A stretch of DNA of 64,000 nt from Andalucia godoyi And28. Taxonomy: Eukaryota; Protista; Jakobida. Position 1 is the stretch's first letter. Each line of letters begins with the position of its first letter. The position numbers and the translations under genes are program-made. Under the pieces are notes generated by a model. That model saw nothing but the letters and a program-made list of their open reading frames with translations, did not search any database and was not told the origin of the DNA. Shown here piece by piece: positions 1 to 12,377 of the stretch. The stretch spans positions 301,757-365,756 of the forward strand of contig VRVR01000019.1 in NCBI GenBank assembly GCA_009859145.1. Direction: 5' to 3'.

Positions 1-628
1 GTGCCTTTTGTTCTCGAAAATACGCATCGGATGTCATCGACGCCGATCCCGGTGTCGGTGGTGCGTTCGTTCCCAGCAAAATACTTGATGAAACAGACCC
101 CGCCATCGATGTCCGAACCGAGACTGGTCGTCCTGCTCCGTTGGCATCGGACACCGGATACGGAGAATTCGACGAGATCATTCCTCCGGAAGTCGGAATA
201 GTCCCGTTGATCGTATGAGACCGACTTGATCTTGTCTCAATTGGCCCCGGAGGAGAAGGCGACGGAGATCCAGAACCCGATCCAGAACCAGACACGGTGC
301 CGGCGGAGTCCTGGTTTGAAACGCTCAAATGTCCGTTTGCATGTGCATGGCTCGATGTCAACTCGTCCCCCTTTGCCTCCTCATGCTCCAGACTCGAATA
401 TGAAGCTGCTCTGTTCACCGCAGACGGAGTTGCAATTGCCAATGTACCATTTGGATCTGCATTACCACCACTACCACTACCACTACCACTACCACTGCCA
501 CTGCCATTGCCATTGTTACTGTTTGAATTCATTGTTGGCATGATGGGTGTCGCATTTGAATTTGGACCAGAAGATACGGAGTTTATTGGAGTCACGATGG
601 ATATCGAAGCACGAGGAGTACTAGACAT
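1..628 (-). CDS. 5' part of a gene running off the left edge; Ser/Gly/Asn-rich low-complexity N-terminus, product unknown
   Basis: Minus-strand frame open from ATG at 628 (MSSTPRASISIVTP...GSGSGSG...AYFREQKA) to the window edge. It is missing from the ORF track because there is no stop. Confidence 0.65.
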   Translation of the reverse strand, partial: MSSTPRASISIVTPINSVSSGPNSNATPIMPTMNSNSNNGNGSGSGSGSGSGSGGNADPNGTLAIATPSAVNRAASYSSLEHEEAKGDELTSSHAHANGHLSVSNQDSAGTVSGSGSGSGSPSPSPPGPIETRSSRSHTINGTIPTSGGMISSNSPYPVSDANGAGRPVSVRTSMAGSVSSSILLGTNAPPTPGSASMTSDAYFREQKA

Positions 629-878
629 TGAGATGCAAAACCCAAACCCACTCTAACACTTGATACGTATTTTTAAAAAATGAAATAATGAAAAGAAGAA
701 GGGAGAAGCAAAAAGAAACTGGATCTTTGAAGATGATCAAAAAAAAGGATGAATTTCGGGATGATCAGTGAGCGGATAAATAAACAAGTAATGAAGCGAA
801 TGAAATGATATAGATCTTCAAAGGACAGAATACCAAGCAACGATGATGGAGGGAAAATAATGAAAAAGGACAAAGCAT

Positions 879-930
879 GAAGCACGAAGCACGAAGCACG
901 AAGCACGAAGCACGAAGCATGAAGCACGAA
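879..930 (+). repeat. GAAGCAC heptamer tandem repeat (about 7 copies)
   Basis: Direct reading: gaagcac gaagcac gaagcac... in the divergent intergenic spacer. Confidence 0.9.
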
Positions 931-1145
931 GAAGAAAGCAGGAAGCAGGAAGCAGGCACAGGGGCGTTTCGAATGGTCCGTTCTCGAATCTTCCATCTGC
1001 CGAGTTCCCCTGAAAGACCCGTCCGTCGTGTTTTCGGCTGTTTGATGGGTCGGGAAGGGGATGTGCGATGCGCCAAAAAAACGGGCCGCACTACAGCAGT
1101 CGGCTAGCACATGCATCAATTGATCCTTGTTTAATTACTTAATTT

Positions 1146-1169
1146 TTTGGCGCGAAGCAGATTTCCCGC
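1146..1169 (+). promoter_or_regulatory. Two E2F-like sites (TTTGGCGCGAA, TTTCCCGC) upstream of FANCD2
   Basis: Matches to the TTTSSCGC consensus at 1146-1153 and 1162-1169, about 210-230 bp upstream of the ATG. Confidence 0.45.
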
Positions 1170-1378
1170 TCTCTGAGATTTCCCCGAAATGACAAGAGAG
1201 TCGGGGGACAGAACGAACCTCACGCAAAAGCCACAAAACTCAAATCAAAAACAAAAACAAAACAAAAACGAGAAACAACGCAGCTCTTTCTGAACGGGTT
1301 TCACTGTTTGTCTTGAATTGCAAATACTCACCCTGGCGCTCGCACAGACGCTCCCCATCTGTACGAGAGCGTGAGTGA

Positions 1379-4300
1379 ATGCAGAGTATGAGCACCGTTC
1401 CGCATGATTTGAAAAACCTTCTTGTCCACCTATATCCTCGCAACGTATCTTATTCGGGGCGGTTCAAGATTCGAGATTTGCCCGGGTTGATAAGGGATCT
1501 CGCAAAGACATGCACTGGAAATCCTGCAATGCAAGACAAGCTGGTACGCTCGTTTGATGATTTCATCAACGAGTCTTCCAAGAACTTGCAGGATGCTTGT
1601 CGGCCGTTTGAAAATGCGATTCAACACATGGAAGATTCCGATGAGGCAACTCGCAGAATCGACAGCATGGTGTCAAGCGCGCTGGGAGAGACAATGTTTC
1701 GAACATTTCTTGCCGTTCCTCATATACAGGGCAGGATTATTGACATTCTTCTCGCGCAACTGGTAGCCTCCGAGAATGACGACGCAGTCCTGCTATTGTC
1801 TCAATTGCGCTTTATGGAGCACAAGTTGGAGGATGCAGAATCGTTGCTGGACGGCCTCGTGGAGGCTCTTGATCCGCTTTCTGCAGAAATTCAACGGGAT
1901 GTTGTGTCGATTATCCCAGAGATTGCACTGGACCATGTGAGAATGTCGATCGTCGTCCGGTCGCTCCAAAAAATCATGCTTACGTACCCTCAGCTGACAA
2001 TTGCATGTTTGGATGCCGTGACTAGACTCGGAAAAATAGATGAAAACTTGCAACCGCTGGTGGAACGAGCATTGTCTCTGCTCAACGCAGTGCAGTCCTC
2101 AGACCTACCGGTGCTTATCCGTTTTCTTTTCGCATTTGCTGCCGAATCCGACATTCCGAACATCATCCTTCAACTTCGAAAATCCATTGGATCTCTCTGC
2201 ATGTTTTCGGAGAATGCGTCCGCGTTGGCCGCGAATCACCTTTCTGCCTCCCAGTCCTCGCAATCTGTCATGTCTCAAACCAAGCGAGATAAGCAGAGGA
2301 AATCCAATCTTGTGTCTGCGCACAGTCTGACAGCTCTGAATAGTGCAGAATCATCTTCTGCAGGAGTATTCTCGTCGTTCTCTGCGCTGTCTGCCTCGGA
2401 GGACCCGTCCTTACAGCGCGATTTGTCTCTTTGGATTCTCGATTCCATCCGAGCGGCACTGACCCTTCGCGCTGGCATTTCTAGTGTGTTCTTGAAGTTC
2501 TATCAGCCCCAGAAGGCCGCGGGCTTGCAAAACCGAAATCATCCATCGAGCACCATCGAGCTCGGCGGTGATGCACCGGCCAGAACGGTGGAGGCAGCAC
2601 TGCTTTTTGAGCTGCCCCGCATACCGTTCCCATACTGCCCACTTGATGTATGGATCCTGTGCTTGTGTCAAGCAACCATGAATGGGAATGCGGCGGCTTC
2701 GACAGTCTTCTTGCGTTTTCTCATTCGAGAAGTGCAGTCGGGAGCGCTGCCTGCATCCTTATGGACAGCTGCGATTTCCACATTTCCTGCCATTGTGCGT
2801 GCCCTGTTTCCGTCGTTGCTCACGATAGCAAAGGCATTTCTTGGAGCTGCAAGGTCGCGGTCAGCGGCGCCCGATGTCTTACTGTTCCAGGCAGCGACGA
2901 CCATTTATCTCTGGTTGTTTCGGCATACGGACGGCCACAACCTTTTCCGACACCAACTGTCTACCCAGTGGGTGTCCCACTGTTCTTCGGACCAGAGTAT
3001 GCAGGTGGAAGCAGTCTTGTTTGTGCTGTCCAAACTGACACCTCATGAACGCATGTTCGTTCGGAGTGAGATTCATCTCATCGTTGATGTCATGGAAAGA
3101 CTGTCGCATGAATGTGTCTTTCTGCTCTACATCGTTTTGTTGGGGACAGATCGTTCTTTCTACGACGAAAGTCTGATCATAATCCGGAAGCAGCTATCGC
3201 ATCCGCTGGCAAAATACAAGCACTTTGGCGTCATTGGTGTCTGCGCGTTGCTGGACATGATTGGCCGCTCAACTCCCCATTCACGCAGAACGTCCGGACG
3301 ACAGCAACAGCAGTATTCTTGCGACGCGAGATTTTTGGTGCCCGAAGGCGAACTGTCCGAGACGTTTCTGCATTTTTGGACAATGATCGAAGGATCTTCT
3401 GTGCCTTTGATGCTGCTAACTTTGTACCGCGTCTCCAATTTTTTCAGCAGGCGCTTTGCACAGGAATCCGAAGGCGGGTCGCCATCTTCCTTTGTTTGGG
3501 CAGTCCATCCAACGGACTTTCCGGCATCGTCGCGATGTTCGTCTATCCTTTCCTCTCTCCTTCCGCATCCGATTGCGCATCGCATCTCCACAACCTGTGT
3601 AGCGCTGCTGACAACTGCTTTTGCCGACGAAAGCCATTCGACGAGAGCACTCCCGTCGCTCTCGCAACGGCAACAAGAGACATACAGCTTGTTGTCAATC
3701 ATGGTGACCGAGCACGCCGACGCCCTAAGCTCGTCCATCAACGTCCCTGCCTTGCTATCGACGGAAGACACAATACCGATTGTTTGTCTCTTTCCTCACA
3801 TATTTCAAGTCGCCGCGGCATGCGATGTGTCTTTGCGGGGCAAATCCGACACGTTCGCACGACTGTTGCGGTCTCGAATTGAGATAGTTGAATTCCTGAC
3901 GGACCACACGGTGGTGCTTGCTGAAGAGCGGAGTCTTATCCTGACATGCAAGTATCTTGCAATCGGCATCCTGCGCAGTGCCTTTGCTTGTCTGTCCTTT
4001 TGCAAGGTGGATTTGGAGACGATGTTTCAACTCGTGGCAGTGCTCGCAAAATTGGAACACGAATTCGTGCACGATGCGTGGCTGTTGCCAGGATGTTTCC
4101 AGTTTTCCATTGACTCCTTATTGAGATCGCCGTGTTTTGGTCCTGGGTTTTCGATTGCACCGCACAGACTAGACATGACGTGCCAGCTTCTGTCCAAGTG
4201 CCTGTCTAGTCCCACCGTGTCTCTTGCTGTTTCTACCGGATTTCTCCGAACATGTGCCCCCCAGCTTGAAAAGCCAAGTGGCGGCCCGACTGCCTCTGGC

Positions 4301-6091
4301 CCGAACTCTGGATACAACGTTTTGTTTTCGCTGACAACGGCTCTTTGCCAATCGCTTGAAGCATTGTCATCCAGTGACCTGCATTTTGCATCGGACATGT
4401 CTCTCCACTGGATTAGGTGCATGTCATATGTAGGTCCAAATTGGGAGGCGTGCACGCAGTACGTGCATCGCCTTTGGGACGAATCGAAGGATGCAGCCTC
4501 TTCGATTTTGGCTGCCCGATGTCTTCTTCGGCTATCACATTTCATGTTCGTGCAGTGCTGGCCGTTTCTGCAGACCGATTGGGGTTCGACGCTGAGCATC
4601 TCAGAGACAAAGTCGTTTCCGTTGGACAGAAGTACGCGATCAGCGATTCAAAGCGTTGATTCAGCACTTCTGTCGTTTCTCACAGCGCAATTTCCTGCAT
4701 TTCTTCCCACGTTTTCCGACGCAACTTCGCTGGTGTCGGTAGTGGAACACTTGTCCTTCGCGTCGCTGATTCCACCAAACGTGCAGAAAACAAGCGAGAG
4801 CATCTTCATTCTGTCGAAGCGACTTTTGAATTTTCCATGGAGATTCACGACGTTTTCGTATCCTCCATCCTTGTATCCCTCGCTGATGTTGGCGGAAAAA
4901 TATTCGAAGCCGGATCTGTCGCAACTTCAGGTTCTCGAAGCATTGCTAGAGGACGGCAAGTATCGAGAGACCCTGAGTTCTGAAGATGACGCACGGTCCG
5001 TCACCATGCATGTCAGCTCTCTCAAGCCTGCAGATCTTGCCTTTACATTGGCCCGTGTGTTTTCGCATGCGGCAGAGCCTCTTGCAGAAACCGGTGATAT
5101 TGTTAAGCAGCTCTCAGAATACCTCGAGAACCCTCGAGGTCGTCGAGATCTGTGCGCCCTGAACAAGAACACATTTCCTACTTTTTTCCGAGTGACCGGA
5201 GTTGCTGCCACACTCGCGTTGCAAGTTCTTGGACACGGTTCGGGAATGTTTCGCTCTCACGAGCTGGTTGCTCTTTCGAAGCTTGTTGCGCTGTGGGACG
5301 GGCTGGTCAACGTTTGCAAGGTGGATCAGCGCAAATCCGTTATCCAGTCCTGCATCGCCGTTGGAAGATCGTTTTTGAGTTGTTTCAATTCGCAAATTTT
5401 CAAAAGGCTGGTGAAAACGCCGGTTCAGGACTTGTCCAAGGAGATTCCGACCATCTTCAAGTCGCTGTCCATTGCCAACCGCACGCTGCATGCACTGTGC
5501 GCCGATTCCAAGGCTATGCAGCATGCGGATCTTGCGACTGCTCAAATCCCGGCATTAAAGCGCGTAATTGAGCAGCACATCATTCGTGTTCCAAAGTTTC
5601 TCAAGCAGGTAGGGTTCGAAGGCCACCTTGCAATATCGTCGCTGAAACACAAGAATGTGTTCGGTGACGAGGTGTCATCGCAACTGATCGCCGCCGAAGA
5701 CGAGCTGCAAGCCCAGACGGGAGGCGTCGACGACAGCGGCTCCGGCTCCAATCCCAACATGAAAGTCAGCTCGAAATCCAAAGGAAAGATCGCGAAATCT
5801 GTGAAATTGGAGCTTGCTGCTGGAACCCCAGAATCGAAAGCGGGTCTCGTCAGCTCCACGTGTTCCAAGACCGCCACTCCGAGAAAGCCGGGAGCTGGTG
5901 CAAGCGAACACTCTGGATCTACTGCACGATCAAATGCATCCGTCGCGGAGTCTCCGTTGTCTCCCATCAGTGCTGTGAAACATCTCGCCCGTGCCACCAG
6001 TGGGCATGCTGGAACTCCTGGTTATCGAAATCGAAATTGTCATCCGACAAGTGATCGAAGCGGTAGCGATGACCATGATGAAGATGAAGAA

Positions 6092-6122
<31 letters not shown>

Positions 6123-6472
6123 CTCTGAAGTGGCTGTCAAACTATGGACGCAAAGACATGGTGGTGAGCAGCGTCGGCGAAAGAGATGGGGATTCCAAAC
6201 ACAAACGGAAACGCGGAAAAGACCATCGTGATGGGGACCGAAGGTCTGTCGCGCCGTCTGTACGCGATTCTTCAAAAAGAGCAAAACCGTCTCTCTTGCG
6301 CGGCGGCGTTTGGAAGAAGCCTCGCTATTCGGTTGTGGACGAAGCGGTAGAAGAAGCAAATGGCACGGACGATGGCGACGAAGCAGCGTCGCCGATCCTG
6401 GAAGACCTCTCGGACCAATATGATGCTTCCATGCTTGCCTTGGACGACGACGACGACGACGGCGACGACTAG
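1379..6472 (+). CDS. FANCD2: Fanconi anemia group D2 protein homolog
   Basis: 1697-aa ORF. Motifs LLLSQLRFMEH..IQRDVVSIIPEI, DLPVLIRFL, IIRKQLSHPLAKYKHFGVIG (equivalent of the monoubiquitinated K561 region), and C-terminal RTLHALCADSK..IPALKRVIE..LKHKNVFGDEVSSQ. Acidic tail. Confidence 0.88.
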
Positions 6473-6887
6473 GGGAGTGTTCATTGTACAACTGGAAGGA
6501 GAGAGGGGGTGGGGTGGAGTGGTACCGTAAAAACACACCCGATTGCGTCACTTGCCACGAGTCAATTCGACTGGAAACAGCACCGTCTTGCGCAAGTGTT
6601 GTGAGTGGATTTTGATTTTTTTGTTTTGGAAAACCCATGCAGCCTGAACACGTGTCGCTATTCTGCTCGTTGTCAGTTGCCAAAACAACAACACTCCGAA
6701 ACACAAGTGCACACAAAAGACACAAAAAACACGCTGTTACCGTCATCAATCCATTTCGTTTTACTAAACAGAACAGCATTGCAGCATCCATCTAGTGGAA
6801 CCCAACACTGTTTGCGCACACACATTCTTACCAGCCACACGTCGGAACAATCCTCGTGAGGATGCGAAAGTTCCAGACACGGGAAAT

Positions 6888-8124
6888 TTAAACTGCGAGT
6901 CGAAAAAAGAAAAGGAAAAATTGTAAGTAAACGAACCAACGAGAAACGAAGAGCAGGACTAAAGAGAAAGAAAAGACTTGAAATTGTTGAAAACATACAA
7001 CACTTGCGGTGGACGACAGAGGGACCAGTCTCCTCGTATTCGGCCTTGGTGACCCACATGGTTTGGAAGGTGGAGAGCGAGGCGAGGATGGAACCTCCGA
7101 TCCAGACGGAGTACTTGCGTTCGGCGGGTGCGATAACCTTGACCTTCATTGCGGCGGGTGCGAGGTTGACGAGTTCCTTGGTCATACGCTCGGCCATTCC
7201 GGTGAACATGGAAGTACCTCCGGAGAGAACGACGTTGTTGTAGAGGTCCTTGCGGATGTCGATGTCGCACTTGAGGATGGAGTTGTAGGTGGTCTCGTGG
7301 ACTCCTGCTGCTTCCATTCCGAGGAGGGCCGGCTGGTAGAGGGCCTCGGGGCAGCGGAAACGCTCGTTTCCGATGGTGATGATCTGGCCGTCCGGGAGCT
7401 CGAACTGTCTCTCGAGGGAGGAGGTGGAGGCTGCGGTCTGCATCTCCTGCTCAAAGTCGAGTGCGACGTAGCAGAGCTTCTCCTTGATGTCGCGAACGAT
7501 TTCACGTTCGGCGGTGGTGGTGAAGGTGTATCCACGCTCGGTGAGAATCTTCATCATGTAATCGGTGAGGTCGCGTCCGGCCAAGTCCAAGCGGAGGATG
7601 GCGTGCGGCAGGGCATATCCTTCATAGATGGGGACAGTGTGCGAAACACCATCACCAGAGTCCATGACGATACCAGTGGTACGACCAGAGGCATACAGAG
7701 AAAGAACGGCCTGGATGGCAACGTACATGGCCGGGACGTTGAACGTCTCAAACATGATCTGCGTCATCTTCTCGCGGTTGTTCTTGGGGTTCAACGGGGC
7801 CTCGGTCAGGAGAACGGGGTGCTCCTCGGGGGCAACACGAAGCTCATTGTAGAAAGTGTGGTGCCAGATCTTCTCCATATCATCCCAGTTCGTGATGATT
7901 CCGTGGGAGATCGGGTACTGGAGCGTAAGAATACCACGCTTAGCCTGGGCCTCCTCACCAACATACACCGACTTCTGGCCCATACCGACCATGACTCCCT
8001 GGTGGCGCGGACGACCAACCAGCGACGGGAACGACGCACGAGGTGCATCATCTCCCGCAAAACCGGCCTTGCACATACCGGAACCATTGTCAACAACCAA
8101 AGCAGTCACGTCACCCTCGGACAT
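6888..8124 (-). CDS. ACT: Actin, 376 aa; exons 8124-6999 and 6892-6888
   Basis: [17 protein letters not shown], ..VVHRKC. Removing intron 6893-6998 gives TGT T|TT TAA, the canonical RKCF-stop end. The 483-aa ORF call is read-through of the intron. Confidence 0.97.
6893..6998 (-). other. Spliceosomal intron (106 nt) splitting the last actin codon
   Basis: Minus strand GTATGT donor at 6998, pyrimidine-rich body, CTTAC branch-like motif, polypyrimidine tract, CGCAG acceptor at 6893. Confidence 0.9.
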
Positions 8125-9272
8125 TTTCTTTTTCTTTTCTTCTTTGAACTTAATATAAAGAACTCACACCAAAAAAACCCAAAAAAAAACAAACAAACCA
8201 AAACTTGAAATACGCTTCAACCAAATGAAATCATAAAGAACGAAAAAAGAAAAAAAGAAAAAAAGAAAAACAGAAAGAAGGAAAGAAAGAGAAAGAAAAG
8301 GAAAAGGAAAAGGCGGAAACGAAAGAGACTTGTCCAAGGACTCGGGGCAAGTCGAAGCCAGGACGATTCCAATGCATTTTGGGGGGAAGCCCTTTTGAAA
8401 CTTTTGGGGTCGGGGGAAAAAAGGGTAAGAGGTAAGAGGAAGGACAAGGGATGGGGGAGGGGGGAGGGATTGGGGGAAGGGGAGCGGTGTTAGGGGCCTG
8501 GTGTGCTTGCTTCTTGATGCGGAAAAAGGTTAGATTTGTCAGTCTCCCAAAGAGTAACTTGAACGAAAATGTCAGTGCTCATACCTTTTTCCCATTTCTT
8601 CAACTGGGCTTGCCTCACACGAACATTCCCCCCCCGTGAGGCTGCGTGTGCTTATGTCATACCCACAAGACATGCTTAGCATTGCTGTCAACTCGACGGA
8701 CTTGTCTGGGGCACTCCCCCTCTCTCCCTATTCTTTCGAGTTTCCTTTTCTCCCCCACCTCCGTCAAGTGTCAGCCTCTCTGCTCTGTGTGTCTGTCTCT
8801 CAACCTGTCAGTCCACGCATTCCCAGAATCAATTGTCTCTACACCTTCCTCCGTCTCTCCCTCTCCCTCTCCCTCTCTCCCTGCTTCTCGTACTTGATGT
8901 TGCTTCCCTCATTCAAGAAGAACCGTAAAAACGACACGAAGCACGTGCTATTTGAACCCTTTGCAAATCAGAATCTCGACACGTTTTCTGTTCCTTTGTG
9001 TTTTTGTTTTCTTTTTGGTTTGGTTTTTCTTCCCCTCCTCCCTCCTCCCTCCTCCCTCCTCCCTCATCCCTCCTCCCTCCTCCCTCCTCCTCTTCCCCTC
9101 TTCTCCTTCTTCTTCTCCTGTTCTGCTTCATCGGACCACACACCTGCAACGATTCTCAGAGGGGCCACCACAACTGCAAAATCAAGAACAATCGCAGTAT
9201 CCGTAGTAATCATAGTAGGTAGTAGCAATAGCAAATCATTACGAGTAGTAGCAAAGTCTAGAAAGGAAGAAA

Positions 9273-10760
9273 ATGACGGTATCGGCGTTGTTTTTTCTAG
9301 ATGCAAAGTTCCGGATCATTCTGTACAGAGACTATCGTGGCGAAATCCCGTTATCATGCATTGACACATTTGCCAAGGTCTTATCTTCTCTTGATGTGTC
9401 CAATTCCCCAAATTTCAACTATGTCTCTACGGCATCTTCAGGGTCAGGCTCGGGATCAGGCTCGGGGTTACACAGTCACAATGCTTCTTCTTCGTCGTCA
9501 TCGGCATATGATGACAGTTTTGGTGAATCGGGGCTTTCATCGTTTACGTCGGCGACGGCATCGTCTGGGTCGTCGACAGCATCGATCGTTGTTCCGAACG
9601 CACCGTGTTTCACAGTGAATGGAACCACATACTGTTATACGGTGCATGGAGCGATGACTGTGCTTGCAGTGTCGAAAATGAATGTGAATCTCATGGCTGT
9701 GTTTTCGTATCTCTCCTCGCTAATCAAGGTTCTCGAAGCGTACTTTGGAAACGTGAACGAAGAGTCGCTGCGGGACAACTTTGTGCTCGTGTATGAGCTC
9801 CTCGACGAGATGATGGACAATGGGTATCCGCAGTTCACGGAGCACAAGATTCTGAAAGAGTACATTTCGCAAGCTGCGCATGGACTGGACAAGTCTGAGG
9901 TGAAGATGCCCATGGCGCTCACATTGGCCGTTAGTTGGCGACCGGATAACATTCGATACAAGAAAAACGAAGTGTTTTTGGATGCTGTGGAGTCTCTCGA
10001 TCTAGTGGTGTCGCCAACAGGTGTGCCAGTGCGGGCGGATATCAAGGGCGTCCTGCGAATGCGATGCTTCTTGTCTGGAATGCCAGAGCTCAAACTTGGA
10101 TTGAATGACAAGGTGCTGTTTGAGAACATGGGTCGGTCGACAGCAAGGGGACGTGCGGTAGAGATGGATGACGTGAAGTTCCACCAGTGTGTGCGATTGT
10201 CCAGGTTCGAATCGGATCGCACGATCTCGTTCATTCCTCCAGACGGCGAATTTGATCTGATGACGTACCGACTCTCTGCCGCACGGTCTGTCAAGCCTCT
10301 TATTGTGGTGGAGTCCAATGTCCAGGTGCATGCGAGATCGCGAATTGAAGTATTTTGCAAGGCACGAGCACAGTTCAAGCCAAGATCGACCGCACAAAAC
10401 GTCGAAATCGAAGTGCCTGTCCCTGCCGAGGTTGACTCTCCTGCATTTAAGACGACGATGGGGACTGCAAAGTATGTTCCTGAAAAGAACTGCATGGTCT
10501 GGACCATCAAGCAAATGACGGGCGGTTCGGAAATCATGTTGCGCGCACACTTTGGACTGCCATCGACAACTTCCGACGAAAAGACGCAGTTCTGGGCAAA
10601 TCACAGACCGCCAATTGGTGTTCACTTTGAGATCCCCTATTTTACGGTTTCGGGACTCCAGGTGCGATACTTGAAAGTTGTTGAAAAGAGCGGGTACCAG
10701 GCGCTTCCGTGGGTGCGGTACATTACCCAGTCTGGAGACTACCAACTCAGACAGTCTTGA
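9273..10760 (+). CDS. AP1M: AP-1 clathrin adaptor medium (mu1) subunit with a Ser-rich insertion
   Basis: RDYRGEI, ESLRDNFVLVYELLDEMMDNGYPQ, VSWR..YKKNEVFLD, SGMPELKLGLNDK, FHQCVRL..ISFIPPDGEF, FEIPYFTVSGLQVRYLK..LPWVRYIT. Confidence 0.93.
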   Translation: MTVSALFFLDAKFRIILYRDYRGEIPLSCIDTFAKVLSSLDVSNSPNFNYVSTASSGSGSGSGSGLHSHNASSSSSSAYDDSFGESGLSSFTSATASSGSSTASIVVPNAPCFTVNGTTYCYTVHGAMTVLAVSKMNVNLMAVFSYLSSLIKVLEAYFGNVNEESLRDNFVLVYELLDEMMDNGYPQFTEHKILKEYISQAAHGLDKSEVKMPMALTLAVSWRPDNIRYKKNEVFLDAVESLDLVVSPTGVPVRADIKGVLRMRCFLSGMPELKLGLNDKVLFENMGRSTARGRAVEMDDVKFHQCVRLSRFESDRTISFIPPDGEFDLMTYRLSAARSVKPLIVVESNVQVHARSRIEVFCKARAQFKPRSTAQNVEIEVPVPAEVDSPAFKTTMGTAKYVPEKNCMVWTIKQMTGGSEIMLRAHFGLPSTTSDEKTQFWANHRPPIGVHFEIPYFTVSGLQVRYLKVVEKSGYQALPWVRYITQSGDYQLRQS

Positions 10761-10952
10761 TTGTCAACGGAGCGGCAGAGTTCCAGAGTTCCAGAGTTCC
10801 AGAGCGGGGAGCAAAAGTACGACAAGGGAAAGCAAAAATTGAAAATAAACAAATAAAACGATACAAAAAAAGGATGGACAAAAAGATCAACAAAATTCTT
10901 TTCAACTGATTTGATTTAAATGAGTGCGGCTTACTCGGAAGCACAGCTGAAG

Positions 10953-12345
10953 CTAGTGCGCAATGTGGCCCTGCCGCCACTCGTGAAACACTATCGACCA
11001 GCGCAGCATGGCATCCGATGGGGCGCGAAAAGCAGTGTGTGTCGCTGAATCAGAAAGTACTTCAACGCATTGACATGACTCGAGGAACCGGAGACCTTCG
11101 CGAATAATGCCGGCAGTCAGGGCCGTTGACCAACGACTCAGCCACCGATCCTGCATCACACGGAGCGACACGCCGGGATACGCAAGCACAATCGACAGTA
11201 ACAATGTCCCGAGTTTGAACATAATCATCGATGGCTTTCCCAACAATGAATACAAGGGATGCAGAAACACGCCACCTTGGGATTGGTCTCCAAAGATGAC
11301 GTTAAGCTGGGCATGTTTCGGGTAGGAAGCGGGTGCATAAAATCGGACCCCGGTATCGCCGACGAACCGCACAAGTTTTCCATCGCTCTCCAACTGCAGT
11401 ACGGGTGCTGGAATCACGCCCGAATACACAACGGTGCAGCTGCTTCCAGAATCGAGCTGGGCGTCGGTGCGTTCGTCAACTGCACAGCGGCGGCGCTGAA
11501 AAGAAACGTGCGCAAGTGGAAGAATCGGCAACTCGGGACTATATGCATCTGGCTGAAAGTTGACAAGTCGGCGTTCTGGAAACACACTCATTGTCCTGCG
11601 TTTCTTGAAAGGTGGGTCACTGCGTATCATCTCATCCACTGCAGACTCGACCTCTTCTGCCTCTTCTTCGTCTCCCCCATTCCTGGGGGCTACAGATTGT
11701 GATACAAAGGCTCGAGGAACTACTGGGCGTAACTGGCACAGGCGACTGGCCATGTACATGCGATTCCAATACGCAAAATTGGTTCCAACACTGTCTTGCG
11801 TCAAGACGTCCTGCTCCACAAACGGACCCGAACGAGACACGGCCAAGCGATCCAACACGCCAGCAGACGGCACAAACACAATCTCATCGGAGATTTCAGA
11901 CAAGAACGTCGGCGACAGTACCAGCGATGTCGTTAACAGACTTGAGGAAACAGAGAACGAGGATTGTTTGCGAATCAGGATGCGCTGGCGCTCCCAGTTC
12001 AGAACTGTGTCCGCCAGCAGGCCTGCCGGAAGTGAATCCAGCAACAAGACGATACTGCTCATGTTGGCAGCTCGTTCGGAGAATGTAGACCCCAGAACAG
12101 AAAAAAGGACAGTAGAAACGATGTCCAACATGTCGCGACGCTCGGCCGTCTCGGAACTTGCAGCGGTTGCCGAATATCCATTCGTGGTGTTCCTCGCAAC
12201 ATCCGAAATGTCCCATGAAAAACCGTCATCAACATTTTCTGAAATACTAGCAATGAATCGGACACCATCCCCAAACTTTCCATCCACGTCGCTGTCCTCC
12301 ATAATACCGCCAGCATCACCGTATTCTGCTTCATCATCATCATCA

Positions 12346-12377
<32 letters not shown>

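Noticed and set aside
8636-9364. 242-aa ORF upstream of AP-1 mu
   Set aside because: Made of CT/CCT simple repeats in the actin/AP1M divergent promoter.
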